Of a stretch of DNA of 64,000 nt, positions 16,146 to 29,383 are shown in pieces. The DNA is from an uncultured Haloferula sp. (GTDB taxonomy: Bacteria > Verrucomicrobiota > Verrucomicrobiia > Verrucomicrobiales > Akkermansiaceae). The number at the start of each line of letters is the position of its first letter. Within the stretch, counting starts at the first letter, position 1. Made by a program: the position numbers and the translations under genes. The notes under the pieces were generated by a model. That model did not search any database. It had not been told where the DNA came from and saw nothing but the letters and a program-made list of their open reading frames with translations. The stretch is taken from positions 224,001-288,000 of the forward strand of contig CBFGTS010000003.1 of the NCBI GenBank assembly GCA_965652295.1, read 5' to 3'.

Positions 16146-19100
16146 TTAGTCGATAAACTCGGTTAACCACTCATCGATCTTGTCCCACTCCCCCTTCACC
16201 AGCAGCCGTTTTCTCAATAGACCGGTGTGGAACGGGTTCGAATACATCAACCGATCGGGATGATGCGTGCCTGCCAAGGGTGCAGGGCCTCCACCGTCGT
16301 TCGGGTGTCCTCCCCCCATCATGACGTGCCCGATTTCGTGCGCCAACGTGTTGAGAATACCGCTTTTGCTCCTTCCCGTGTTGCCCGGCAGCCAGACGGT
16401 GCGCGAAGCCGGATGAGCGAGACCCACATACCCTCCGAAGCCATGGAACTCGCTGTTGAAATCCCGCCAGACGGTGATCTGTTCCGCGCCACCCACGAAA
16501 TAAACGTTGATGTCCGCAGCGGCGTCCACTCCCGCAGAGGTAAGGATCTTACTTTGTTCGGTTCCAATGTCGCTACCATTCGAATCCAATGAACCATTCC
16601 CTGAGGCAGGTCCTGACCCGGGCTCTTGTTGGAAATCCTCTCCCGTTCCGTAGTCCCAATACACCGGGGTCGGCTGGACATCACCGGAGGTTTCGACGTC
16701 CCAATAGGCGTTGACCTGTTTGCCGTAGATGTCGTCGAGGAATTCCTCGATTTCGGCTTTGGTGAAGGCGTGTTCAGGATTCACCCGGCCGTCCACGCCG
16801 TTGTTCTGCGCGACGTGCCAGAAGTGGAGTTTCACCTCACGCCGCTTCATGACCTTCACTCCGATCGGATGGGAAACGCTGTCGGCATCTTCGAAACCGA
16901 GATCCACATCCACCTCGGACGAGGACGTCGCAGCCGAGGACCAACTTACGGGAGTAGTCCCGAGATCAAGGGTAGCAGGAGTAATGGCGACGTTCCCGGC
17001 GCTCAAGGTCAGGGCCCGGTCGGGCGTCACGGGAGCGTGGACGACCGAGGCATTCGCCTCCGAACCTCCTCCGGGAACCATCACCCAGATTTTGCCCCCT
17101 TGTCGTTCGTCCTCCTTCAATGCGGTCGCCGAGACAGGATCGACTCCGGTGGCAAATTCGTCGTCCTCCACCCGAACGGGAACGGCGCTGAGCAATCGGG
17201 TGAAATCCGCCGGAGCCTCGTGGGAGGAGAGACCCGCGACAAGGGAACCCGAACCGGCCATTCCCAAAAGGCGGGCCTGCTTCCATTCCCCGTCCAATCC
17301 GGGAGCGATCTCGGGGAGGTAATACAGCCGCCCATTCCGCCAGACCAATCCCTCGCGCATGACGCCGGTTCCGTCCTTGGACAGATCGATGAGATCTTTC
17401 ATTTTCGAGATCGGAGACCAATCCGACGAAGACTTCCTGGCTCTCGGAGTCACCTTTTCACCGAGGAGCACCAAGCCTCCATTACCGTTTTCTCCACCCA
17501 CTTCAACCATCTTCCGAAATTCATTCTTACCCAGCGAGATCGCCGCGCCTCCCGCTCCGGTAAGGAAGCCTTCCTCGTTCTGCCAGTCGTACCCCCAGAG
17601 AGCCCCGGACTCGTGGGCAAACACCGCATACGGCGGGGCCGGGGTATAGACAGGTTCGGACCCTTCCGGTTCAAGATCCCAAACCACCCGCTGGTCCTGC
17701 TGCCAGCTCACTCCGGAACCCGAGCCACTGGAGACCCCCTTGTAGTTTTGAACCACGATTTTCCCGTCGTTCGAAAGGGTCGAACCAAACCTCAAAAAAC
17801 CGTGTGCCATGTCATACGGTGCACGGGCCGCATCGTTGCCTGATCTCATTTCGGAGGCACCGTCGCCGGGTTTCTTCCACCAAACGAGGCGTCTGCTCTC
17901 CCGGCTTTCATTGAGATCATCGTCGAAGGTCTGACTCCCCACGACCCAGCCCTGATCATTCATGGCGTAGAGCAGGGCATCTTCGCCATAGTCCACGATC
18001 TCGCCGCGATCCCAAACCTTGCGGCTGAACATCACCCTGCCCACATCGTCCACCCCCGCCGGGCCCTCCGGCCATAAGCCTGGTGTGGTGAGAGAGGAGA
18101 TCGGCAACTCAAACACCGCATACACCGAGTGGGGAGTCTTTTTCCAATTGATGAGCGAGTCGTTTGCAACCGCGTCTTCACTATCCGGCACCGAGTCTCC
18201 ATCCGAGTCGAGCTGCTGTCCATCCGGTACACCATCGCCGTCGTTGTCACTTTGAAAGGGAGAGGCCAAACCCGAGTCCGGGTGCTCGGGATCCAACATC
18301 ACGGCAAATTCGGCCCAATCGGGACTGCCATCGGAATCGGAGTCGAGACTCCAATCCGCCGAAATCCGCACGAACCCCCTGCCATCCGGCGAGGCGGGAG
18401 CCGGGGGAGGTGCCGCACGAGCAACGGCCACGGAATTGGCGACGGCCGCGTTCATTTCGGGCAGGCGGGCCCGGAACTCATTCACCATCGCGGCATCCTC
18501 TTCGGCAAGCGGAGACTCTTCCTGCGGAGGGATCTGCGGCGTGGGAAGATGGAGGACGAAAAAGTAGTAGTCGCCGTAGGGGTGGGCGAACCATGGCATC
18601 TCCGACCAGTCCTGATGCAGGGATTCAGGAATCCGGAACACCACCGATCCACCTGAATCGAGCGAACGCCAGGAAAGGATGGTGCCCGTTTCCGGAGAGG
18701 CCGCCGGGGCGACCATCAGGCTTACGTGTTGAGAGGGAACCTCCACCGCTTCACCCCCGGGCGCTTCCGGGTCCGGCGGCGGAGCCGGAGCCCTTTCCAC
18801 CAACGGTACGACGTGCTCGTGCCCCAGCCCATAGATATTCCCGATCTCCTCCCAATCCTGCAGATCGCGGCTGAACTCGACCCGATAACCCACACCAGCC
18901 GTCGATCGAAACACCCAAGAAGTCTGCACCGATCCATCAAGCGCGGACACATCCTCCATCCAACGGGGCGGCAGCGGGTCGTCCTGCTGCGCGGCTGCAG
19001 AACCAAGAAGAGCCAACGACACCATGCCTGCTGCCACGAAAACCCTGGGAGATTTCAGCCTTCGATCAGTCACGACGGGATTCGATGACTTTTGCCACAT
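16146..19100 (-). CDS. Large secreted protein with DxDxDG Ca-binding repeats and C-terminal HEXXH metallopeptidase-like domain (start uncertain)
   Basis: Signal-like VSLALLGSAAA-Q; DSDSDG/DNDGDG/DSDGD; TLAHEIGHVMMGGGH...RLMY. Confidence 0.75.
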   Translation of the reverse strand: MWQKSSNPVVTDRRLKSPRVFVAAGMVSLALLGSAAAQQDDPLPPRWMEDVSALDGSVQTSWVFRSTAGVGYRVEFSRDLQDWEEIGNIYGLGHEHVVPLVERAPAPPPDPEAPGGEAVEVPSQHVSLMVAPAASPETGTILSWRSLDSGGSVVFRIPESLHQDWSEMPWFAHPYGDYYFFVLHLPTPQIPPQEESPLAEEDAAMVNEFRARLPEMNAAVANSVAVARAAPPPAPASPDGRGFVRISADWSLDSDSDGSPDWAEFAVMLDPEHPDSGLASPFQSDNDGDGVPDGQQLDSDGDSVPDSEDAVANDSLINWKKTPHSVYAVFELPISSLTTPGLWPEGPAGVDDVGRVMFSRKVWDRGEIVDYGEDALLYAMNDQGWVVGSQTFDDDLNESRESRRLVWWKKPGDGASEMRSGNDAARAPYDMAHGFLRFGSTLSNDGKIVVQNYKGVSSGSGSGVSWQQDQRVVWDLEPEGSEPVYTPAPPYAVFAHESGALWGYDWQNEEGFLTGAGGAAISLGKNEFRKMVEVGGENGNGGLVLLGEKVTPRARKSSSDWSPISKMKDLIDLSKDGTGVMREGLVWRNGRLYYLPEIAPGLDGEWKQARLLGMAGSGSLVAGLSSHEAPADFTRLLSAVPVRVEDDEFATGVDPVSATALKEDERQGGKIWVMVPGGGSEANASVVHAPVTPDRALTLSAGNVAITPATLDLGTTPVSWSSAATSSSEVDVDLGFEDADSVSHPIGVKVMKRREVKLHFWHVAQNNGVDGRVNPEHAFTKAEIEEFLDDIYGKQVNAYWDVETSGDVQPTPVYWDYGTGEDFQQEPGSGPASGNGSLDSNGSDIGTEQSKILTSAGVDAAADINVYFVGGAEQITVWRDFNSEFHGFGGYVGLAHPASRTVWLPGNTGRSKSGILNTLAHEIGHVMMGGGHPNDGGGPAPLAGTHHPDRLMYSNPFHTGLLRKRLLVKGEWDKIDEWLTEFID

Positions 19101-19156
19101 ATAACGCAAGTCAGAAATGACTACGGTATGCTCTGCGAGGGTTTCAAGCTGCTGGA

Positions 19157-19438
19157 ATGCCATCGCGCAAAGGCCGTCCACTCACATCTCCCGGTTCACG
19201 CCCGGAAGACCCGGACGAGCTATTTGTCCATCAGGTAAAAGCAATTTTGCGAGAAGAACGGCTCAAACGGGGCATCAGTTTCAGAAAATTGGAGAGCCTT
19301 TGTGGAATCTCGCACGGGTATCTCGCGCTTGCCGAGCGTTCCGATGTGCAGCCAACGCTTCTTGTGATCCGACGATGGACCAACGGTCTTGGAATCAGTT
19401 TGGAAGACGTCATCCGACGGGCCCACCAGGATTCTTGA
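19157..19438 (+). CDS. XRE-family helix-turn-helix regulator
   Basis: LREERLKRGISFRKL...GISHGYLALAERS..QPTL. Confidence 0.8.
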   Translation: MPSRKGRPLTSPGSRPEDPDELFVHQVKAILREERLKRGISFRKLESLCGISHGYLALAERSDVQPTLLVIRRWTNGLGISLEDVIRRAHQDS

Positions 19439-19460
19439 GATCGACTCGTTCCGCTCGAAG

Positions 19461-19626
19461 GAAACGCCGGAACCGAACCTGGTGGCGGGGATGAAGTGGT
19501 TGATGGGAGCTTACACTCAGAGCTGGAACCGCAGGCGCAAGCGGCGTGGGCACGTGTTCCAAGGGCGCTACAAGGGGTGGTGGTCAATGGTGAGGGGAAC
19601 GGTGAGCCTTTCCGGACGCTTTCGGC
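19461..19626 (+). pseudogene. Internal fragment of a Y1/RAYT-type transposase, truncated and frameshifted
   Basis: ETPEPNLVAGMKWLMGAYTQSWNRRRKRRGHVFQGRYK, then frame change to VVVNGEG...FRTLS; no HUH motif or catalytic Tyr. Confidence 0.8.
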
Positions 19627-19678
19627 GTTGGACAGAAAACGCAGCTTGAAAACCGCACGGATAGCGCACGCTCCCCCT

Positions 19679-19921
19679 GTGAAAACGATCACAACCACCA
19701 CCGCACGGTCCGATCTGTATCGCGTCACCGATTCGGCTCTTTCTGACCACGAGCCCGTGCAGATCACCGGCAAGCGCGGGAACGCCGTTTTGGTTGCGGA
19801 GTCCGATTGGAGGGCGATCCAGGAGACCCTGCACCTTGTGAGCATTCCGGGTATGCGGGATTCCATCCTCAAAGGGATGAAGCAACCGGTTGAGGAATGC
19901 AGCCGGGAGATCGACCTGTGA
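19679..19921 (+). CDS. yefM: Phd/YefM antitoxin
   Basis: GTG start: MKTITTTTARSDLY...HEPVQITGKRGNAVLVAESDWRAIQETLHL. Confidence 0.92.
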   Translation: MKTITTTTARSDLYRVTDSALSDHEPVQITGKRGNAVLVAESDWRAIQETLHLVSIPGMRDSILKGMKQPVEECSREIDL

Positions 19922-20181
19922 GCTACGATCTCGCCTATACCCGGCAGGCGAGAAAGGACGCGAAGAAGCTGAAGGGATCGCCATTCGCAGCCAAGGCGAG
20001 GGAACTGCTGGATTTGATCGCCAACGACCCCTTTGCCGGTCCTCCTCCATTTGAGGCCTTGGTCGGTGACCTGAAGGGAGCCTATTCGCGCCGCCTCGAC
20101 ATTCAGCGTCGCTTTGTTTATCAGGTCTTGGAGGAGGAGCAGATCGTGAAGGTGCTGCGACTCTCGACGCACTACGACTGA
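19918..20181 (+). CDS. yoeB: Txe/YoeB toxin
   Basis: GTGA overlap with the antitoxin; PPPFEALVGDLKGAYSRRLDIQRRFVYQV...THYD. Confidence 0.92.
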   Translation: MSYDLAYTRQARKDAKKLKGSPFAAKARELLDLIANDPFAGPPPFEALVGDLKGAYSRRLDIQRRFVYQVLEEEQIVKVLRLSTHYD

Positions 20182-20447
20182 AACCCAAGAGCCGATTCTG
20201 AACCCGCCTCACCGGGAGGGTAACCCGTCACGACGATACCATCCTCAACCCAATCACGCCTCACGAAGCCAAGTTCACGATTCAGATTCCATGAGCACAA
20301 TGAGAGCGCTCGCAATCAGCATGACCAGAAGCGCCCAACTACCTGACCTCCTTCGATTCCGCTGATTCATATGATCAGGACACTCAGCCCTCAGGCAACG
20401 CGCGGCTGCCATCAGGCGGTGGTGTGCGATGACGTTCCACCGGAACC

Positions 20448-20870
20448 ATGAAGATGAATCCTGCCATCGTTGGAACATGGATAATCGAATCGCCTGAACG
20501 ACAGGGTGAGCATGAGTATATTCATATTTGCAGCGATGGACGAATCGTGCACTTCACGTTTGCTCAACCGGAAGGTCACCGCGTCTGGTCGGTGAAGCTC
20601 TGGGCGACCCCGATGGGAGGCAATCATTACCAGATTCGTCCGAAACCGGTCCACGAAGGCTGGCCGGTCGAGATCCTCCCGTCCGAAAATGGGCTTCGAA
20701 CTGCGCACAACGAGAAGTCGCATTCGCTGCTTCCTGCTTTAGATGCCTGTTTGCCCAACTGGTTCAACAGCCGGCTTGAGAAGGCGCTTGCCGAGATGGC
20801 TGAGCTGGAAGAACAGGCACAAAAAGCCCAGCAAGCGGGAGATTGCGATGCTCCACAGCAGCCTCGTTGA
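20448..20870 (+). CDS. Hypothetical protein (cassette-like orphan)
   Basis: 140-aa ORF with atypical codon usage; IVGTW start. Confidence 0.55.
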   Translation: MKMNPAIVGTWIIESPERQGEHEYIHICSDGRIVHFTFAQPEGHRVWSVKLWATPMGGNHYQIRPKPVHEGWPVEILPSENGLRTAHNEKSHSLLPALDACLPNWFNSRLEKALAEMAELEEQAQKAQQAGDCDAPQQPR

Positions 20871-21125
20871 AGCCCCGTTTTTTGTGGTTCGCTGCTCTCA
20901 TGGGGATCGACGCCGCCAGGTGCCTGCGCCACCAAAGGAACCGATGATCCGGACTTTATCGTCCCATCCATCCCGGAAATCCTATTCATCCTTGATCCCA
21001 GATCCCCGGCAGCCGTCCCCTCACAAAACCCTCTGCGGCTCGCCGCTGTGCGGAAATTGCCGAAGTGTTCGCGCTTCCGGCATTGCCGTTGACCCGACGC
21101 CGAACTGCGGTTGACTCGTCCTGTT

Positions 21126-22316
21126 ATGGGCGTTCTTGTCATCAACTGCGGCTCTTCCTCGGTCAAATTCGCGCTTTTCGCCGCCAGCGACCCGCAACCG
21201 GCCGCCAGCGGCATTGTCGAGCGTCTCAACAGCCCCGGTGCCCGCGGCATCATGCATCTGGCCGGCGACGGATTCATCGAGCTGTCCGTCGAGGCACCCG
21301 GCGATCACACCGCCGCGCTGCGTGCCGCGCTCCAGGCCCTCCGCGCCCAGCCCGGGCTCGAGCCCGTCACCGCCATCGGTCACCGCGTCGTCCACGGCGG
21401 CCAGCGCTTCTCAAAACCGGCGCTGATCGATGCCGAAGTCCTCGCCGCCGTCCGCCTGCTCGCCCCGCTCGCTCCTTCCCACAACATCCCCAACGCCCTG
21501 GGCATCGAGGCCGCCTCCGCGCTCTTCCCCGGCATCCCGCAGGTCGCCGTGTTCGACACCGCCTTCCACCAGAGCATCGCGCCGAAGGTCTATCGCTACG
21601 CCATCCCCGAAGAACTCTACCGCGAGCACGACGTCCGCAGGTACGGCTTCCATGGCACCAGCCACGGATGGGTCGCCGCGCAGGCGGTGAAGGCGCTCGG
21701 CCTGCCCGACCACCACCGACTGCTCATCGCTCATCTCGGCAACGGTTGCAGCGCCACTGCGGTGCTGGACGGCCGGTCGGTCGACACCACCATGGGCCTG
21801 ACCCCGCTCGAGGGCCTCGTCATGGGCACCCGCAGTGGGAACGTGGACCCGAACCTCCACGCCTTCCTCCACCGGCAGACGGGCATGTCGCTTCAGGAAA
21901 TCACCGACCTCCTCAACCTGCGCTCGGGCCTCACCGGGCTGGCCGGCATTTCCGACATGCGCCAGCTCGCCGAAGCCGAGGCCGCGGGCGATCCCGCCGC
22001 CCACCTGGCGGTCGAGGTCTTCACCTTCCGGCTCGCCCGCGAACTCGCCGGCCTCTGCGTGGCGCTAGGCGGTCCGCCTGACGCCCTCGTCTTCACCGGC
22101 GGCATCGGAGAAAACTCGGCCATGATCCGCCGGGCGACCGTCGATCAACTCGGCGTGCTCAGCCTGAAGCTCGACGAGCCCGCCAACCTCGAGCACGGCC
22201 GCGCCACCGCCGGGCGGATCAGCCCGCATGGTACGAAACCTGCCGTACTCGTGATCCCGACCAACGAGGAATTCGCCATCGCCACCGCCACCCGCGAACT
22301 CACCGGCCAAGCCTGA
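21126..22316 (+). CDS. ackA: Acetate kinase
   Basis: VLVINCGSSSVKF, GHRVVHGG, FDTAFH, RYGFHGTSH, HLGNG, FTGGIGEN, PTNEE. Confidence 0.97.
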   Translation: MGVLVINCGSSSVKFALFAASDPQPAASGIVERLNSPGARGIMHLAGDGFIELSVEAPGDHTAALRAALQALRAQPGLEPVTAIGHRVVHGGQRFSKPALIDAEVLAAVRLLAPLAPSHNIPNALGIEAASALFPGIPQVAVFDTAFHQSIAPKVYRYAIPEELYREHDVRRYGFHGTSHGWVAAQAVKALGLPDHHRLLIAHLGNGCSATAVLDGRSVDTTMGLTPLEGLVMGTRSGNVDPNLHAFLHRQTGMSLQEITDLLNLRSGLTGLAGISDMRQLAEAEAAGDPAAHLAVEVFTFRLARELAGLCVALGGPPDALVFTGGIGENSAMIRRATVDQLGVLSLKLDEPANLEHGRATAGRISPHGTKPAVLVIPTNEEFAIATATRELTGQA

Positions 22317-22324
22317 TCTCCGTC

Positions 22325-24442
22325 ATGCCCCAGCACACTTTTCTCACCGTTCCGGTCGGCCGCAGCGTCGGCCTGACCTCTGTCAGCATCGGCCTCGTCC
22401 GCGCGCTCGATCGGCTGGGGGTGGACGTCGGATTTTTCAAGGCCCTCGGCCAGCCGCATCCCGGCGAGGATTTCGACCGCTCCTCCGCCTACCTCGAGGC
22501 CACCACCACGCTCACCCCTCCCCCGCCGATCCCCCACTCCACGGTCCGTCATGCCGTCAGCAAGGACGATATCGATGACCTCATGGAGGAAGTCGTCAGC
22601 CGCTACGAGCCGCTTCCACGGCAGCACGATGTCATCATCGTCGAGGGCCTCGTCAACACCCACGACCTGCCCAGCGCCACCAAGCTCAACGCCGCCCTGG
22701 CCCGGGCCCTCAACGCCGAAGTCGTGCTCGTGACCCGCCCGGAAGAGGGCGATACGGTCGAGGCCATCGCCGACCAGCTCGACCACGTCCTGCGCCAGCT
22801 GCCCGACCATTTCCGCCGCATCAAGCCGGCCGTGATGCTCAACCACGTCGATGTCGATGCCCTCGCCGCCGACCTCGGCACGACGACCGATGCGCCCAGC
22901 CTTCTCACCGCGCTTTCCGCGCAGCTCTCGGCGAAACAGGGCGACTACGAAATCATCGGCATCATCCCCGACAACCCCGACCTCGCCGCGCCCCGGATGT
23001 GTGACGTCGTCGATCTGCTCGGCGGTTCCGTCCTCATGGCCGGCGACATGGCCGGCCGCCGCATCAAACGGATTTCCCTCTGCGCCCGCACCGTGCCGAA
23101 CATGCTCGGTGCGCTCCGTTCCGGAAATCTCGTCGTCACCCCGTCCGACCGCTCCGACATCATCCTCGCCGCCGCGCACGCCGCCACACGCTCGATCCAG
23201 CTGGCCGGGTTGATCCTCACCTCCGACCTCGAGCCCGACCCGCAGGTCATGCGTTTCTGCCAGGACGCCTTTGAAGCCGACGGCGGCACTCCGGTCATCC
23301 GTGTCCCCGATTCCTCCTTCGACATCGCGCTCCGTCTCCACGATCTCAACCCCGAGCTGCCCGTCGAAGACGTCGAGCGCATCGGCCAGGTGATGGACAC
23401 TGTCGCCCGCTCGACCGACGCCAACTGGCTGCGCGAGCGTTGCGCCACCTATGTCGCCAAACGTCTTTCGCCGCCCGCCTTCCGCCACCGCATCGCCAAA
23501 ACCGCACGCGCCAATCTCAAACGGATCGTTCTACCCGAAGGCGACGAACCCCGCACCGTCCAGGCCGCCGTCCGCTGCGCCGAGCGCGGCATCGCCCGGT
23601 GCATCCTGGTGGGCGATCCCGAACAGATCCGGGAAGTCGCCCGCGTCAACAACCTCACGCTCCCGCCCCTGCTTGAGATCCTCGACCCCGAGCCCCAGCG
23701 CGCCCGTTTCCTGGAGCCGCTGCTGGAGCTGCGGAAAAGGAAGGGACTCACCGAACTCGCCGCCCAGGAGGCGCTGCGCGACAACGTCGTGTTCGCCACC
23801 ATGATGCTCGCGATGGACGAGGTCGACGGTCTCGTTTCCGGTGCCGTTCACAGCACGGCCGACACCATCCGGCCCGCGCTCCAGCTCATCCGCACCGCTC
23901 CCGACGCCCGCGCCGTTTCCTCCGTCTTCTTCATGTGTCTGCCCGATCAGGTCCTCGTGTATGGCGATTGCGCCGTGAACCCCGACCCCGACGCCGAGAC
24001 GCTGGCCGACATCGCCATTCAGAGCGCCAACTCCGCGAAGGCCTTCGGCATCGATCCGATCGTCGCCATGATCAGCTACTCCACCCTCGGCTCGGGTGCC
24101 GGCAGCGAGGTGGAAAAAGTCCGCCTGGCCACCGAGATCGCCCGCCAACGCGCGCCCGAGCTGATCATCGACGGCCCGCTGCAATACGACGCCGCCACCA
24201 TCGCCGAGGTCGCCGCGACCAAAGCCCCCGACAGCAAGGTCGCCGGCCGCGCCAACGTCTTTATTTTCCCCGATCTCAACACCGGCAACACCACCTACAA
24301 AGCCGTCCAGCGCTCGGCCAACGTCATCTCCATGGGCCCCATGCTCCAGGGCCTGCGCAAGCCGGTCAACGACCTCAGCCGCGGTGCCTCCATCGATGAC
24401 ATCCTCTACACCATCGCCCTCACGGCGGTGCAGGCGGGGTGA
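22325..24442 (+). CDS. pta: Phosphate acetyltransferase, long form (BioD-like + DRTGG + PTA)
   Basis: VGLTSVSIG, RIVLPEGDEPR, SGAVHSTADTIRP, FPDLNTGNTTYK, KPVNDLSRG. Confidence 0.97.
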   Translation: MPQHTFLTVPVGRSVGLTSVSIGLVRALDRLGVDVGFFKALGQPHPGEDFDRSSAYLEATTTLTPPPPIPHSTVRHAVSKDDIDDLMEEVVSRYEPLPRQHDVIIVEGLVNTHDLPSATKLNAALARALNAEVVLVTRPEEGDTVEAIADQLDHVLRQLPDHFRRIKPAVMLNHVDVDALAADLGTTTDAPSLLTALSAQLSAKQGDYEIIGIIPDNPDLAAPRMCDVVDLLGGSVLMAGDMAGRRIKRISLCARTVPNMLGALRSGNLVVTPSDRSDIILAAAHAATRSIQLAGLILTSDLEPDPQVMRFCQDAFEADGGTPVIRVPDSSFDIALRLHDLNPELPVEDVERIGQVMDTVARSTDANWLRERCATYVAKRLSPPAFRHRIAKTARANLKRIVLPEGDEPRTVQAAVRCAERGIARCILVGDPEQIREVARVNNLTLPPLLEILDPEPQRARFLEPLLELRKRKGLTELAAQEALRDNVVFATMMLAMDEVDGLVSGAVHSTADTIRPALQLIRTAPDARAVSSVFFMCLPDQVLVYGDCAVNPDPDAETLADIAIQSANSAKAFGIDPIVAMISYSTLGSGAGSEVEKVRLATEIARQRAPELIIDGPLQYDAATIAEVAATKAPDSKVAGRANVFIFPDLNTGNTTYKAVQRSANVISMGPMLQGLRKPVNDLSRGASIDDILYTIALTAVQAG

Positions 24443-24462
24443 ATGGAGAGCCGATCAACCTG

Positions 24463-24751
24463 CCAGTGGCATGACCGTCCCGGTCATGAAAGGGGGAGCT
24501 TTTCGAACTCACCAAGCAGGCGACCGGATGAATCTTGTTCGGGGTTTCCCTTTCATGACCATTCCGATCAGAAGAAAGGAAGCTCCTCTCACCCGCCAAG
24601 CAGGCGACCGAGTCGCCTGCTCGTTGGGAGTTTCTGTCTTTCATGAGGCTCTCATCAGAAAAAAGGAGACTCTTCGGACCCGTTGAGCAAGCGACGGGGG
24701 GAACGCTCGCCCGAAGCACCCCCGCTCATGACCGGGACGGTCATGCCACTG
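24463..24751. repeat. REP doublet (REPIN) of the same REP that flanks the RAYT insert in metH
   Basis: CCAGTGGCATGACCGTCCCGGTCATGAA (24463-24490) and inverted copy 24726-24751; GTGG + hairpin CATGACCG-TCC-CGGTCATG. Confidence 0.95.
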
Positions 24752-24775
24752 ATAGGCGACAAAAGCCTCAGAACC

Positions 24776-24835
24776 CATCATCGCATCACGATATGATGAT
24801 TTGACTCTTGCGAGCCCGGGCGGATTCCTTAGGTT
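24776..24835 (+). promoter_or_regulatory. Putative metH promoter with upstream imperfect palindrome
   Basis: CATCATCGCATCACGATATGATG palindrome; TTGCGA-N16-TAGGTT ending 6 nt before the ATG. Confidence 0.35.
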
Positions 24836-24841
24836 GCCGGC

Positions 24842-29377
<4,536 letters not shown>

Positions 29378-29383
29378 CGGGGC

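Noticed and set aside
19389..19678. ORFs 19389..19649 and the 5' extension of 19496..19921 as real genes
   Set aside because: They are the two frames of the transposase remnant; the antitoxin fits a GTG start at 19679.
24463..24751. CRISPR array or SAM/SAH riboswitch upstream of metH
   Set aside because: Only 2-3 short degenerate repeats with related intervening sequence and no cas genes; no riboswitch consensus recognised by eye (an Rfam scan would settle it).
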